From Candidatus Jorgensenbacteria bacterium GWA1_54_12 (GTDB taxonomy: Bacteria; Patescibacteriota; Minisyncoccia; UBA6257; GWB1-50-10), in the NCBI GenBank assembly GCA_001779505.1, contig MFKH01000010.1, forward strand, positions 63,241 to 102,210: 38,970 nucleotides of DNA, given 5' to 3'. The notes under the pieces were generated by a model. The model made no database searches. It was not told the origin of the DNA and saw nothing but the letters and a program-made list of their open reading frames with translations. Shown one piece after another: positions 1-7,463 of this stretch; the stretch's first letter is position 1; each line of letters begins with the position of its first letter. The translations under genes and the position numbers were made by a program.

Positions 1-86
1 GGAGATGATTCAGAACCGTGGGTTCTGAAAACGGAGCGAGCAGAGCGAGCGAGTAGTGAAATGTCCCATCACCCACCCCGACAATG

Positions 87-95
87 TGTTATAAT
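87..95 (+). promoter_or_regulatory. candidate extended -10 promoter element (TGTTATAAT) for the 132..905 ORF
   Basis: TGnTATAAT match at 87-95, 37 nt upstream of ATG 132. No convincing -35 hexamer seen. Confidence 0.3.
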
Positions 96-131
96 GAGTG
101 CGTTAAAGGGCGTTTAAAACTTTAGCAGAGA

Positions 132-905
132 ATGAATAAATCACGTGTAGTTGCGATTGTACTCCTTGTGTTTGTTGCGGGTTCGGTGAGTTTCACGGCA
201 CATGCACAAACGCCGCTTGAGTCCTTGCGGGACCGCGCGGTGAATCTTGGGAGGCAGATTATGGGAAACGATACGCCTGTGTCGTCTGTATCTCGTGAAA
301 AAGCGACGAGTACCTCCGGAGAAGAAATCGGCGTGTTGAGGGAACGGCTTCGGAACCGCGTTGCGAACCCCGGTGAGTTGCAGGCGACGCGCGAAGAAAG
401 GCGCGTGGAGTTTGAGGGGGCCGTCACCGAGCGCGAGGCGCAGCTAAAGGAGCGGGTCGCCCGGATTGCGGAACAGAAGAGGCAGATTGCCGAGCATGTT
501 TTCTCGCAGCTTGCCGAAATTAAAAAGCGCATGCTGGGGCAATTTCTAGAGGTGATTGACCGGCTTGATGCGGTTCTTGTGAGTGTGCTGTCGCGCACCG
601 ACAAGGCGGCAGAGGCGGGAATACTGGACGAAACCGCACAGACAGAGGTTTACGGTGCGATTCGCAGTGCAGAAGCGGCGATTGTCGCCGCCCGCGACGC
701 GGCGCATGCCGAGTTTGACGTCGTGCGCGAAGTGGGCGATGTGGCAGACGAAGAAACCTTGCGCAGCGCGATGACAACATTACGCAACGAAGTACGCGGC
801 GACTTGGAAGCGGTCCGCACGAAACTAAGGGAAGCACACGAGGCGGTGAGAAATGCGGCGACAATGCTCGCACAACGGCCGCGTGTTGATGAAGTGGAAG
901 AATAA
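132..905 (+). CDS. secreted coiled-coil protein of unknown function
   Basis: 257-aa ORF. Signal-peptide-like N-terminus MNKSRVVAIVLLVFVAGSVSFTAHA followed by E/R/A-rich helical sequence. The overlapping minus-strand ORFs are R/S/C-rich shadows. Confidence 0.75.
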   Translation: MNKSRVVAIVLLVFVAGSVSFTAHAQTPLESLRDRAVNLGRQIMGNDTPVSSVSREKATSTSGEEIGVLRERLRNRVANPGELQATREERRVEFEGAVTEREAQLKERVARIAEQKRQIAEHVFSQLAEIKKRMLGQFLEVIDRLDAVLVSVLSRTDKAAEAGILDETAQTEVYGAIRSAEAAIVAARDAAHAEFDVVREVGDVADEETLRSAMTTLRNEVRGDLEAVRTKLREAHEAVRNAATMLAQRPRVDEVEE

Positions 906-960
906 ATATAACCTGAAATTAAGAGGTCGAAACTAAACGTGCAATAAATACAAGAAGAAG

Positions 961-1170
961 ATGATGAAAAAATCAGCATGGATAATCATCGTACTGCTCG
1001 TCATTGCAGCGGCCGCGGCCGCGTTGCTCTTGAACCGCGAACCCGCCGCTACCGAAGAACCAGTGACAGAAGACACGACGGCGCAGGTTAACGATGCTCT
1101 TCAAGGAGTCGACATGGAAGGCGTTCAGGGCGAGCTTGAAGAAGTTGATGAGGCGATAGAAGGCCTGTAA
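961..1170 (+). CDS. small single-pass membrane protein with acidic C-terminal tail (paralog A)
   Basis: 69 aa. N-terminal TM helix (AWIIIVLLVIAAAAAALLL), then an acidic tail ending LQGVDMEGVQGELEEVDEAIEGL. Paralogous to the next ORF. Confidence 0.65.
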   Translation: MMKKSAWIIIVLLVIAAAAAALLLNREPAATEEPVTEDTTAQVNDALQGVDMEGVQGELEEVDEAIEGL

Positions 1171-1173
1171 TCT

Positions 1174-1395
1174 ATGAGTCAGAAACATTGGTGGGTTATT
1201 GTCGCGATTCTCATTCTTGTCGTTGCCGGCGTGTGGATGGTAAAGCTGGGAAGCACGCTCCCGTCCGGTGAAGAGGAAGTGCCCGCCGCGGACGGCGATA
1301 CGACAAGCGAGATTAACGAGGAACTTCAGGGAATAAACATTAGCGACTTAGAAGGAGAGTTCCAGGCAGTTGATGAAGAATTGCAGGGCTTGTAA
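1174..1395 (+). CDS. small single-pass membrane protein with acidic C-terminal tail (paralog B)
   Basis: 73 aa. TM helix (WWVIVAILILVVAGVWMV), acidic tail ending ELQGINISDLEGEFQAVDEELQGL. Starts 3 nt after the stop of paralog A. Confidence 0.65.
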   Translation: MSQKHWWVIVAILILVVAGVWMVKLGSTLPSGEEEVPAADGDTTSEINEELQGINISDLEGEFQAVDEELQGL

Positions 1396-1407
1396 TAAGT
1401 TAGCAAC

Positions 1408-1435
1408 CGGTAACCGGTAATCGGCAACTGGTGAT
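1408..1435. repeat. four degenerate tandem heptamers CCGGTAA CCGGTAA TCGGCAA CTGGTGA
   Basis: Read directly from the intergenic sequence between 1395 and 1491. Contains ACCGGT palindromes. Confidence 0.5.
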
Positions 1436-1445
1436 CAGTGCGAGA

Positions 1446-1492
1446 GAAGGAGTTTCGCTTCCTTGAGGGGGCGGAACTCCTTCCGGTATAAT
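1446..1492 (+). promoter_or_regulatory. inverted repeat (12-nt arms, 14-nt spacer) enclosing a TTGAGG -35, followed by a TATAAT -10
   Basis: Arms are GAAGGAGTTTCG (1446-1457) and CGGAACTCCTTC (1472-1483): 11 Watson-Crick pairs plus one T/G. TTGAGG lies at 1463-1468 and TATAAT at 1487-1492, with an 18-nt spacer. Confidence 0.4.
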
Positions 1493-2609
1493 GGCCTGTA
1501 TGACAAATCGCATTTATCTTGATTACGCGGCAACGACGCCAGTCGTGCCGGAGGTATATAAGGCAATGCGCCCCTATTTCTCCGAGAAATATGGCAATCC
1601 CGGGTCGCTTCACTCATTTGGGCAAGAAGCTCTTGCCGCCGTTGACCGTGCGCGGGAAACAATCGCCGCTCTCATCGGTGCGCGTTTTGACGAGGTTATC
1701 TTTACTAGCTCTGCAACGGAGGCGAACGGCCTCGCGCTCCGCAGTGTCGCTAAGAAGCTAAAAGCCGAAAGCCACAAGGTCATTGTTTCCGCAATAGAGC
1801 ACAAATCAGTGCTGGAAGCGGCTCACGAATTGTTCCCTGAAGTAGTCGAACTTCCGGTGAGCCATGAAGGCATTGTAGATATTGAGGCGCTGAAAGGGGC
1901 ACTTCACGAGCGCACGGGTCTTGTTTCCATTATGTGCGTCAATAACGAAATCGGGGTTGTGGAGCCGATAGCCGAAATCGCGCGCATTATCAAGGAATTC
2001 AAGGCGGTATCGGATGGCCCGTTGTTCCATACAGATGCCTCTCATGCCTTCCAGCACCTGCCGTGCAATGTAGACGAATTGGGTGTGGATATGATGACCT
2101 TGTGCGCGCACAAAATATACGGCCCTAAAGGCGTGGGCGCTCTCTATGTGCGTGGAGGGGTTGACCGCGACCTGCGGAGAGGAACGGAAAACGTTCCAAA
2201 CATCGTTGGATTCGCCCGTGCGGCGGAGCTCGCCGCAGAGCGGCGGGAAAGTGAAGAGAAGCGCCTAAGAAAGCTTCTTGCGCGATTTGTGGAAGGCGTG
2301 AAGCGCACATACCCAAAGGCAGAGATAAACGGCCCCGCGGCGGAAGCGGCAAATCGGGCGCCGCATATTGTAAACATCGCATTTCCCGGAAAAAAAGGAG
2401 AAGAACTCCTCATAAAGTTGGATAATGCTGGCGTTGCGGTTTCAACCGGCGCCGCGTGCCGCTCACGCGCCGTTTTGCCGTCGTACGTTTTGGAAGCATT
2501 GGGGCACCCGCGGGAGCGGGCGAGAGCGAGTGTGCGCATAAGTTTCGGCATGACGACGACGGAAGCCGAAATTGACGAAGCGGTGCAAAGATTGGCGGAT
2601 GCGTTATGA
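1491..2609 (+). CDS. cysteine desulfurase (class V aminotransferase, NifS/IscS family)
   Basis: IYLDYAATTP N-terminus, HTDASHAF, PLP-lysine context LCAHKIYGPKG, and active-site Cys loop STGAACRS. The alternative in-frame ATG at 1500 may be the true start (see findings). Confidence 0.9.
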   Translation: MACMTNRIYLDYAATTPVVPEVYKAMRPYFSEKYGNPGSLHSFGQEALAAVDRARETIAALIGARFDEVIFTSSATEANGLALRSVAKKLKAESHKVIVSAIEHKSVLEAAHELFPEVVELPVSHEGIVDIEALKGALHERTGLVSIMCVNNEIGVVEPIAEIARIIKEFKAVSDGPLFHTDASHAFQHLPCNVDELGVDMMTLCAHKIYGPKGVGALYVRGGVDRDLRRGTENVPNIVGFARAAELAAERRESEEKRLRKLLARFVEGVKRTYPKAEINGPAAEAANRAPHIVNIAFPGKKGEELLIKLDNAGVAVSTGAACRSRAVLPSYVLEALGHPRERARASVRISFGMTTTEAEIDEAVQRLADAL

Positions 2610-2616
2610 TAAGAGC

Positions 2617-3810
2617 ATGAATCAGCGCCTCATAAGAAACGTCATATTACTCACCGTTTTACTTGCCGCGATTGTCGGCACGGCCGCCGTATGGGAAAAA
2701 CACGCAGGACTGTTTGGAAAACTGCAAAACCTTTCGCTATACAAACCGACGCTTGATTATGAAGCGGCGGTCGTGAAAGCAGTGGAGCGGACATTGCCAT
2801 CGGTCGTTTCAATCGTCGTCACCAAAAACGTGCCGATCATTGAAGAGTGCGTCTCAGACCCTTTTGCCAATCTACCCGACGAATTCAGGCGGTTCTTCGG
2901 CGGTTTTGAGTTTGTAGAACCCTGCGAGCGGGGGACAGAAACGCGCGAAATCGGTGGCGGCAGCGGATTTATTGTATCTGCCGACGGCCTTATTGTGACG
3001 AACAAGCACGTCGTTCTTGATGAAGAGGCGGCATATACCGCCATCCTTTCCGACGGCACAAAGTACGATGCGAAAGTCATTGCGCGCGACCCAGTGCAAG
3101 ACATTGCGATTTTGAAGATTGAAGCCGAAGGACTCACGGCGGCGACATTGGGCGATTCCGACTCGCTGAAACTCGGGCAGACGGCAATCGCAATCGGAAA
3201 CGCCTTGGGCGAGTTCACAAACACAGTGTCGGTTGGCGCGATATCGGGGCTTGCGCGCACGATTACCGCCGGCGGCGACGGGGGATTTGTCGAGGAAATA
3301 CAGGGAGTGATTCAAACCGACGCCGCAATCAACGCGGGGAATTCAGGCGGGCCGCTTTTGAACCTGCACGGCGAAGTTGTCGGCGTGAACACCGCTATGG
3401 CGGAAGGTGCGCAGAGCATCGGATTCGCCATCCCCGTGAATCGCGTGAAGCGCGACATTGACTCGGTTGCCGCAACCGGTGCCATACAAACGCCGTTTCT
3501 GGGCGTTCGCTACCGCATCGTGACCGAAGCGTTTGCGGAAGAAAATAATCTGCCGGTTGGCTACGGTGCCTTGATTGAAAAATCGGAAGACGGCCCGGCT
3601 GTCGTGCCGGACTCTGCTGCGGCGCGGGCAGGGTTGAAAGAAGGGGATATTATCCTTGAAGCGGGCGGGAAACGCATTACCGAGAGGGCATCACTGGGAA
3701 CCATTATTCTGGAACATCGTGTCGGGGAAACGCTCACACTCCTTGTTATGCGCGGCGGAGAAAAACTGACGCTCACGGCTCTGCTTGCAGAACGGCCCAT
3801 TTCGGAGTAA
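2617..3810 (+). CDS. htrA: HtrA/DegP-family serine protease with N-terminal membrane anchor and C-terminal PDZ domain
   Basis: Catalytic triad contexts VTNKHVV, DIAILKI and [11 protein letters not shown]-like tail ([16 protein letters not shown]). Start moved from 2572 to ATG 2617 to remove the overlap with the upstream gene (stop at 2609). Confidence 0.88.
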   Translation: MNQRLIRNVILLTVLLAAIVGTAAVWEKHAGLFGKLQNLSLYKPTLDYEAAVVKAVERTLPSVVSIVVTKNVPIIEECVSDPFANLPDEFRRFFGGFEFVEPCERGTETREIGGGSGFIVSADGLIVTNKHVVLDEEAAYTAILSDGTKYDAKVIARDPVQDIAILKIEAEGLTAATLGDSDSLKLGQTAIAIGNALGEFTNTVSVGAISGLARTITAGGDGGFVEEIQGVIQTDAAINAGNSGGPLLNLHGEVVGVNTAMAEGAQSIGFAIPVNRVKRDIDSVAATGAIQTPFLGVRYRIVTEAFAEENNLPVGYGALIEKSEDGPAVVPDSAAARAGLKEGDIILEAGGKRITERASLGTIILEHRVGETLTLLVMRGGEKLTLTALLAERPISE

Positions 3811-3844
3811 TGTAGCACTCAATAGGTTCGGTTGCTACTACACC

Positions 3845-6487
3845 ATGCCCAATTTTCACCGGTTTACCATCAAAGCACAGGAGGCGCTGGAACGCGCCCA
3901 AGGACTTGTTGCCGAGTACAACCACGGGGAACTCGGCGCACTGCATCTTTTGGCCGCCTTGATTGCCGACGAAGAAACACTCGTTCGGCCGATGCTCGTG
4001 AAATCCGGCGTGAATGTTGACGAGTTTGAGAAGCATTTGGAAGAAGAATTACAGCGCCTGCCGCGCGTTTACCCTTCGGGGGAGTTGACTCAACTGTATC
4101 TCTCGCAGGAAGTGATGCGCATTTTAAACAAGGCGGCGGAGGTTGCCATGCGCGAACGCGACGAGTTCGTTTCATGCGAGCACATCTTAATCTGTCTCAT
4201 TGAACAGCCCTCGCGGGCGCAGGACGTTTTGAAAAGCCGCGGCATAAACCGCGACGAACTCATGCGGGCGCTGAAACACTTGCGCGGCAGTGCGCGGGTA
4301 ACCGACGAATCGCCGGAGAGTAAGTTTCAGGTTTTGGAAAAATACACGGTCAACATTACCGAGAGCGCGCGGCAAGGGAAGCTTGACCCGGTTATCGGCA
4401 GAGAAAACGAACTGCGGCGCCTCATGCAGATATTGTCGCGCCGCACAAAGAATAATCCTGTCCTCATCGGCGAACCCGGCGTCGGGAAAACGGCTATCGT
4501 TGACGGCTTGGCGCAAAAAATCGTGAACGGCGAAGTGCCGGAGTCGCTGAAGGGGAAAGAGGTGGTTGCGCTCGATATCGGCGCGGTCATTGCTGGCACA
4601 AAGTTCCGCGGCGAGTTTGAAGATCGCATGAAAGCGCTCTTGAGGGAAATCCGCGGCGCGGCGGGGCGCATCATCCTCTTTGTAGACGAGATGCACATGA
4701 TGGTGGGAGCTGGCGCAACCGAAGGAGCGGTGGATGCATCCAACTTGCTAAAGCCGGCGCTTGCCCGCGGCGAGTTGCACTGCGTCGGCGCGACGACCAT
4801 CAAGGAATATCAGCGGTACATAGAGAAAGACGCGGCGCTGGAGCGGCGTTTCCAGCCCATTCACGTTGAGGAACCCTCGCTTGAAGACAGTGTCACTATT
4901 TTGCGAGGGCTTCGGGAGCGGTATGAAACGCATCATGGCTTGAAAATAGCCGATGAGGCGCTTGTCGCCGCCGTCAATTTATCGGCGCGCTATATTGCCG
5001 ACCGGTTTCTCCCGGATAAGGCAGTTGACCTTGTTGACGAAGCCGCGGCGTCGCGGCGCCTTGAATCAGACAGCCTGCCCGGTCAGCTGGAAGACGTGCG
5101 GCGGGAAATAACCCGCCTGGAGATTGAAAAGCAGGCCTTGTCCACTGGAGGACAAAAGAACGGGAATACCGAGCGGCTTAAGGAGATTGATAAGTTGCTT
5201 ACGGAATTAAAGCGGAAGAACGATGATATTTCCGGCGAGTGGCACAATGAAAAGCACGCGATTGAAGAACTCCATGCGGCGAGGAAAAAGGTTGAGGAGC
5301 TTCGCTCGCGCGCCGAGATCGCGGAACGGGAGGGAAATTTCGGACGCGTTGCCGAGATTCGCTACAGCGAATTCCCTGAAGCGGAGCGCGGATTGAAACA
5401 GTTGGAGCGGAAATATGCGAAGCGGGCGAAAGAGAAGGGAACATTCATCAAGGAAATGGTGAATGAGGAAGATATCGCCGCTGTCGTCTCGCGCTGGACC
5501 GGCATTCCGGTATCAAAAATGCTTGAAACCGAGATGGGGAAGCTGGCGCGCCTTGAAGACGTTTTGGAGCACCGTGTTGTCGGCCAGCGCGAAGCAATCA
5601 GTGCGGTCGCGCGCGCGCTTCGCCGCTCGCGCGTCGGTCTTGCCGACGAAGCGCGTCCCGTTGGAAGTTTTATGTTTCTGGGACCCACGGGCGTTGGGAA
5701 AACCGAGCTCGCGCGGGCGCTTGCGGCATATATGTTCAACGACGAAAAGGCAATGGTGCGTCTGGACATGTCCGAATACATGGAGAAGCACACGACGGCG
5801 CGCCTTATCGGCTCCCCTCCGGGGTATGTCGGATACGACGAGGGTGGGCAGCTGACCGAAGCAGTGCGTCACCGCCCGTACAGCTTGATTCTCTTTGATG
5901 AGGTGGAAAAGGCGCACCCCGAAGTTTTTAACGTGCTTTTGCAGATACTGGACGACGGACGGCTGACCGACGGGAAGGGGAGAACGGTGAACTTCAGGAA
6001 TTGCGTTATTATCATGACCTCAAACGTAGGAAGCGAATTCTTCAGGAATGCGGCGACCCTGGGATTTAATGCCGGCGAGAATGAGGAAAGTGACAGCGAG
6101 AGCGCCGAAAGCGAGTATAAAGACGAGGTGATGGAGGCGCTGAAAGACACATTCAGGCCGGAATTCCTGAACCGGTTGGATGAAATCATCATCTTTAACG
6201 CCTTGCGGCCTGCTGCCATACGCAAAATTGTTGATATCCAGCTTGCGGAAGTGCGCGAGCGCCTGAAGGCAAAAGGCATCGGGCTCAAGATTAAGCCGGA
6301 AGTGAAGCAGTATCTTGCCGAGCACGGCTTTGACCCCGATTACGGCGCGCGCCCGCTGAAGCGCCTGGTGCAAAAACTCATCATTGATTCCCTAGCCGAC
6401 CAAATGGTCAAAGGTTACATTACCGATGGTCAAAACGTTAGCGTCTCATTTAATAACCGCTCAAAACGCGTGGAGCTCGCCGTATAA
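3845..6487 (+). CDS. clpB: ClpB AAA+ protein disaggregase
   Basis: Clp N-domain repeats, two Walker A boxes ([16 protein letters not shown]) and a long coiled-coil middle domain between the NBDs. Start taken at [15 protein letters not shown] (ATG 3845). Confidence 0.95.
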   Translation: MPNFHRFTIKAQEALERAQGLVAEYNHGELGALHLLAALIADEETLVRPMLVKSGVNVDEFEKHLEEELQRLPRVYPSGELTQLYLSQEVMRILNKAAEVAMRERDEFVSCEHILICLIEQPSRAQDVLKSRGINRDELMRALKHLRGSARVTDESPESKFQVLEKYTVNITESARQGKLDPVIGRENELRRLMQILSRRTKNNPVLIGEPGVGKTAIVDGLAQKIVNGEVPESLKGKEVVALDIGAVIAGTKFRGEFEDRMKALLREIRGAAGRIILFVDEMHMMVGAGATEGAVDASNLLKPALARGELHCVGATTIKEYQRYIEKDAALERRFQPIHVEEPSLEDSVTILRGLRERYETHHGLKIADEALVAAVNLSARYIADRFLPDKAVDLVDEAAASRRLESDSLPGQLEDVRREITRLEIEKQALSTGGQKNGNTERLKEIDKLLTELKRKNDDISGEWHNEKHAIEELHAARKKVEELRSRAEIAEREGNFGRVAEIRYSEFPEAERGLKQLERKYAKRAKEKGTFIKEMVNEEDIAAVVSRWTGIPVSKMLETEMGKLARLEDVLEHRVVGQREAISAVARALRRSRVGLADEARPVGSFMFLGPTGVGKTELARALAAYMFNDEKAMVRLDMSEYMEKHTTARLIGSPPGYVGYDEGGQLTEAVRHRPYSLILFDEVEKAHPEVFNVLLQILDDGRLTDGKGRTVNFRNCVIIMTSNVGSEFFRNAATLGFNAGENEESDSESAESEYKDEVMEALKDTFRPEFLNRLDEIIIFNALRPAAIRKIVDIQLAEVRERLKAKGIGLKIKPEVKQYLAEHGFDPDYGARPLKRLVQKLIIDSLADQMVKGYITDGQNVSVSFNNRSKRVELAV

Positions 6488-7070
6488 GGCGGCGCTTATC
6501 GCGGGAGCGTTCTGGCTCTTTGCATCGCATCCCGGGTGGGTGTGGCTTGCAGTACTTCTCGCCGTTGGTTTTGCGGTGTACCGCTCGCTCGGTCCGGAAA
6601 GAACGCAGATGCGGTTCGCATATTGGGGAGCCCTTATCGCCGCGTCGGTTATCGTTTTAAGGGGAGAAAGCTCCTTCGCGGCGCTTGCCGCCTTGGGGGC
6701 GGCTCTCGCGCTCGTGACGTGGACAAGGGTAAGTTACCCCGTTGCCGCCGTTCTGATTGCGGCAGGTTTTTCGGGCGCAGGACTCTTTGCCGGAGCGGCG
6801 CTCATATCAGTAGAAGCATACCGGAGGGAACCCGTCTTAGAGCGCATGGCCCTCGCTCTTATGGCGGGGCTCATCGCGCTTCAAGTGGGGTGGTTTGCCC
6901 GCGCGCTTCCGTTCTTTCCGGCGGCGGGGGCAGTGCTCGTCGCCACCACCCTTGCCGTGATGCGGGATTTCCTCTCTCGGGGCAAAAAATCACCCTCAAT
7001 CGCCGTTTTGCGCGCCGTTACGGTATTTCTCCTCGCTCTGGTTGCACTTTTTATGTCTGCCGCATGGTAA
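6426..7070 (+). CDS. polytopic membrane protein, unknown function
   Basis: A/L/G-rich ORF with several predicted TM helices. ATG 6426 overlaps clpB by 62 nt. GTG 6540 and ATG 6609 are alternative starts, so the 5' end is uncertain. Confidence 0.55.
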   Translation: MVKTLASHLITAQNAWSSPYKAALIAGAFWLFASHPGWVWLAVLLAVGFAVYRSLGPERTQMRFAYWGALIAASVIVLRGESSFAALAALGAALALVTWTRVSYPVAAVLIAAGFSGAGLFAGAALISVEAYRREPVLERMALALMAGLIALQVGWFARALPFFPAAGAVLVATTLAVMRDFLSRGKKSPSIAVLRAVTVFLLALVALFMSAAW

Positions 7071-7463
7071 ATCCGTGAGCCGACGGGTGTAACAGAGCGT
7101 TAACGCCATCGTTCTATCCTGTAGACACCTGTCGGAAGAGGTGATAGAGTGAAATACGAGCCCCAGAGGTTGAAGGGGCACGCTTAGGGTGAGGCTAAGC
7201 AGGGTTTTGAGAAAGGTAAACAGTAAGTGGGAATTGTTTACCCGTCTTTTCTTGTCCCACGCATGCCCACCTTACCCCAAGCGGATTGGCGGGCTTTTGA
7301 GTTACAGAACCCTTTTTCTCCGGACAATATCGTTTGAGGCCTCACCCCCAAACACGTCCAAGGGAGAAGGAGGAGCCGGCAAATAATCCTAAGAAAGGTC
7401 GTATCGCACGATAAAATTAGTTTCATGGTCGAAACGACTAAAAAAGTCGTAACACAATAAAAA
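7071..7463. promoter_or_regulatory. 393-nt structured non-coding region (long 5' leader of the surface-protein gene or an independent ncRNA)
   Basis: No credible ORF.
Stems found:
- 7080-7090/7125-7135
- 7160-7164/7175-7179
- 7182-7187/7195-7200
- 7215-7222/7235-7242
- 7265-7271/7288-7294
There is also a 9-nt perfect complementarity between 7187-7195 and 7339-7347. The strand is not resolved. Confidence 0.35.

Noticed and set aside
1-117. Open reading frame running in from the left edge (frame 1 to TAA at 115-117; frame 2 ends at TGA 24-26), plus hairpin CAGAACC-GTG-GGTTCTG (11-27) and a GAGC microrepeat (about 34-53).
   Set aside because: The region is too short to tell whether it is the tail of an upstream gene. 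The hairpin has no T-tract, and the microrepeat is only a few units long. Not supportable as features.
6536-7078. 180-aa + strand ORF in an alternative frame over the membrane-protein gene. The 65-aa (7189..7386) and 154-aa (7238..7702, minus strand) ORFs in or over the non-coding region were also considered.
   Set aside because: They are Arg/Gly/Cys-rich or Pro-rich with no motifs. The first is out-competed by the hydrophobic-helix frame. The latter two overlap the stem-loop region and the start of the surface-protein gene.
7097-7106. GCGTTAACGC perfect palindrome (contains a GTTAAC site), with GCATGC at 7261-7266 and GAGGCCTC at 7336-7343.
   Set aside because: Short palindromes of this size are expected by chance in a 393-nt GC-balanced region. 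I treat them as part of the general structure rather than as specific binding sites.
7160-7179. tRNA T-arm-like hairpin GCCCC-AGAGGTTGAA-GGGGC.
   Set aside because: The loop is 10 nt rather than 7. There is no GTTCGAATC-type T-loop and no acceptor, D or anticodon arms around it.
7071-7463. RNase P RNA (rnpB). The length is right. Minus-strand strings GGGGUAAGGUGGGC and ACGGGUAAACAAUUCCCAC resemble the J11/12-P11 region. UUGUCCGGAG (minus strand) and ACAGAACCC (plus strand) resemble CR-I and CR-V.
   Set aside because: The CR-I-like and CR-V-like strings are reverse complements of each other at one locus (7304-7330). They are not two separate strands that could form P4. There is no GAGGAAAGUCC, I could not build a P1 or P4 pairing on either strand, and stem wobble evidence is contradictory between strands. 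Only cmscan with the RNaseP_bact models could overturn this.
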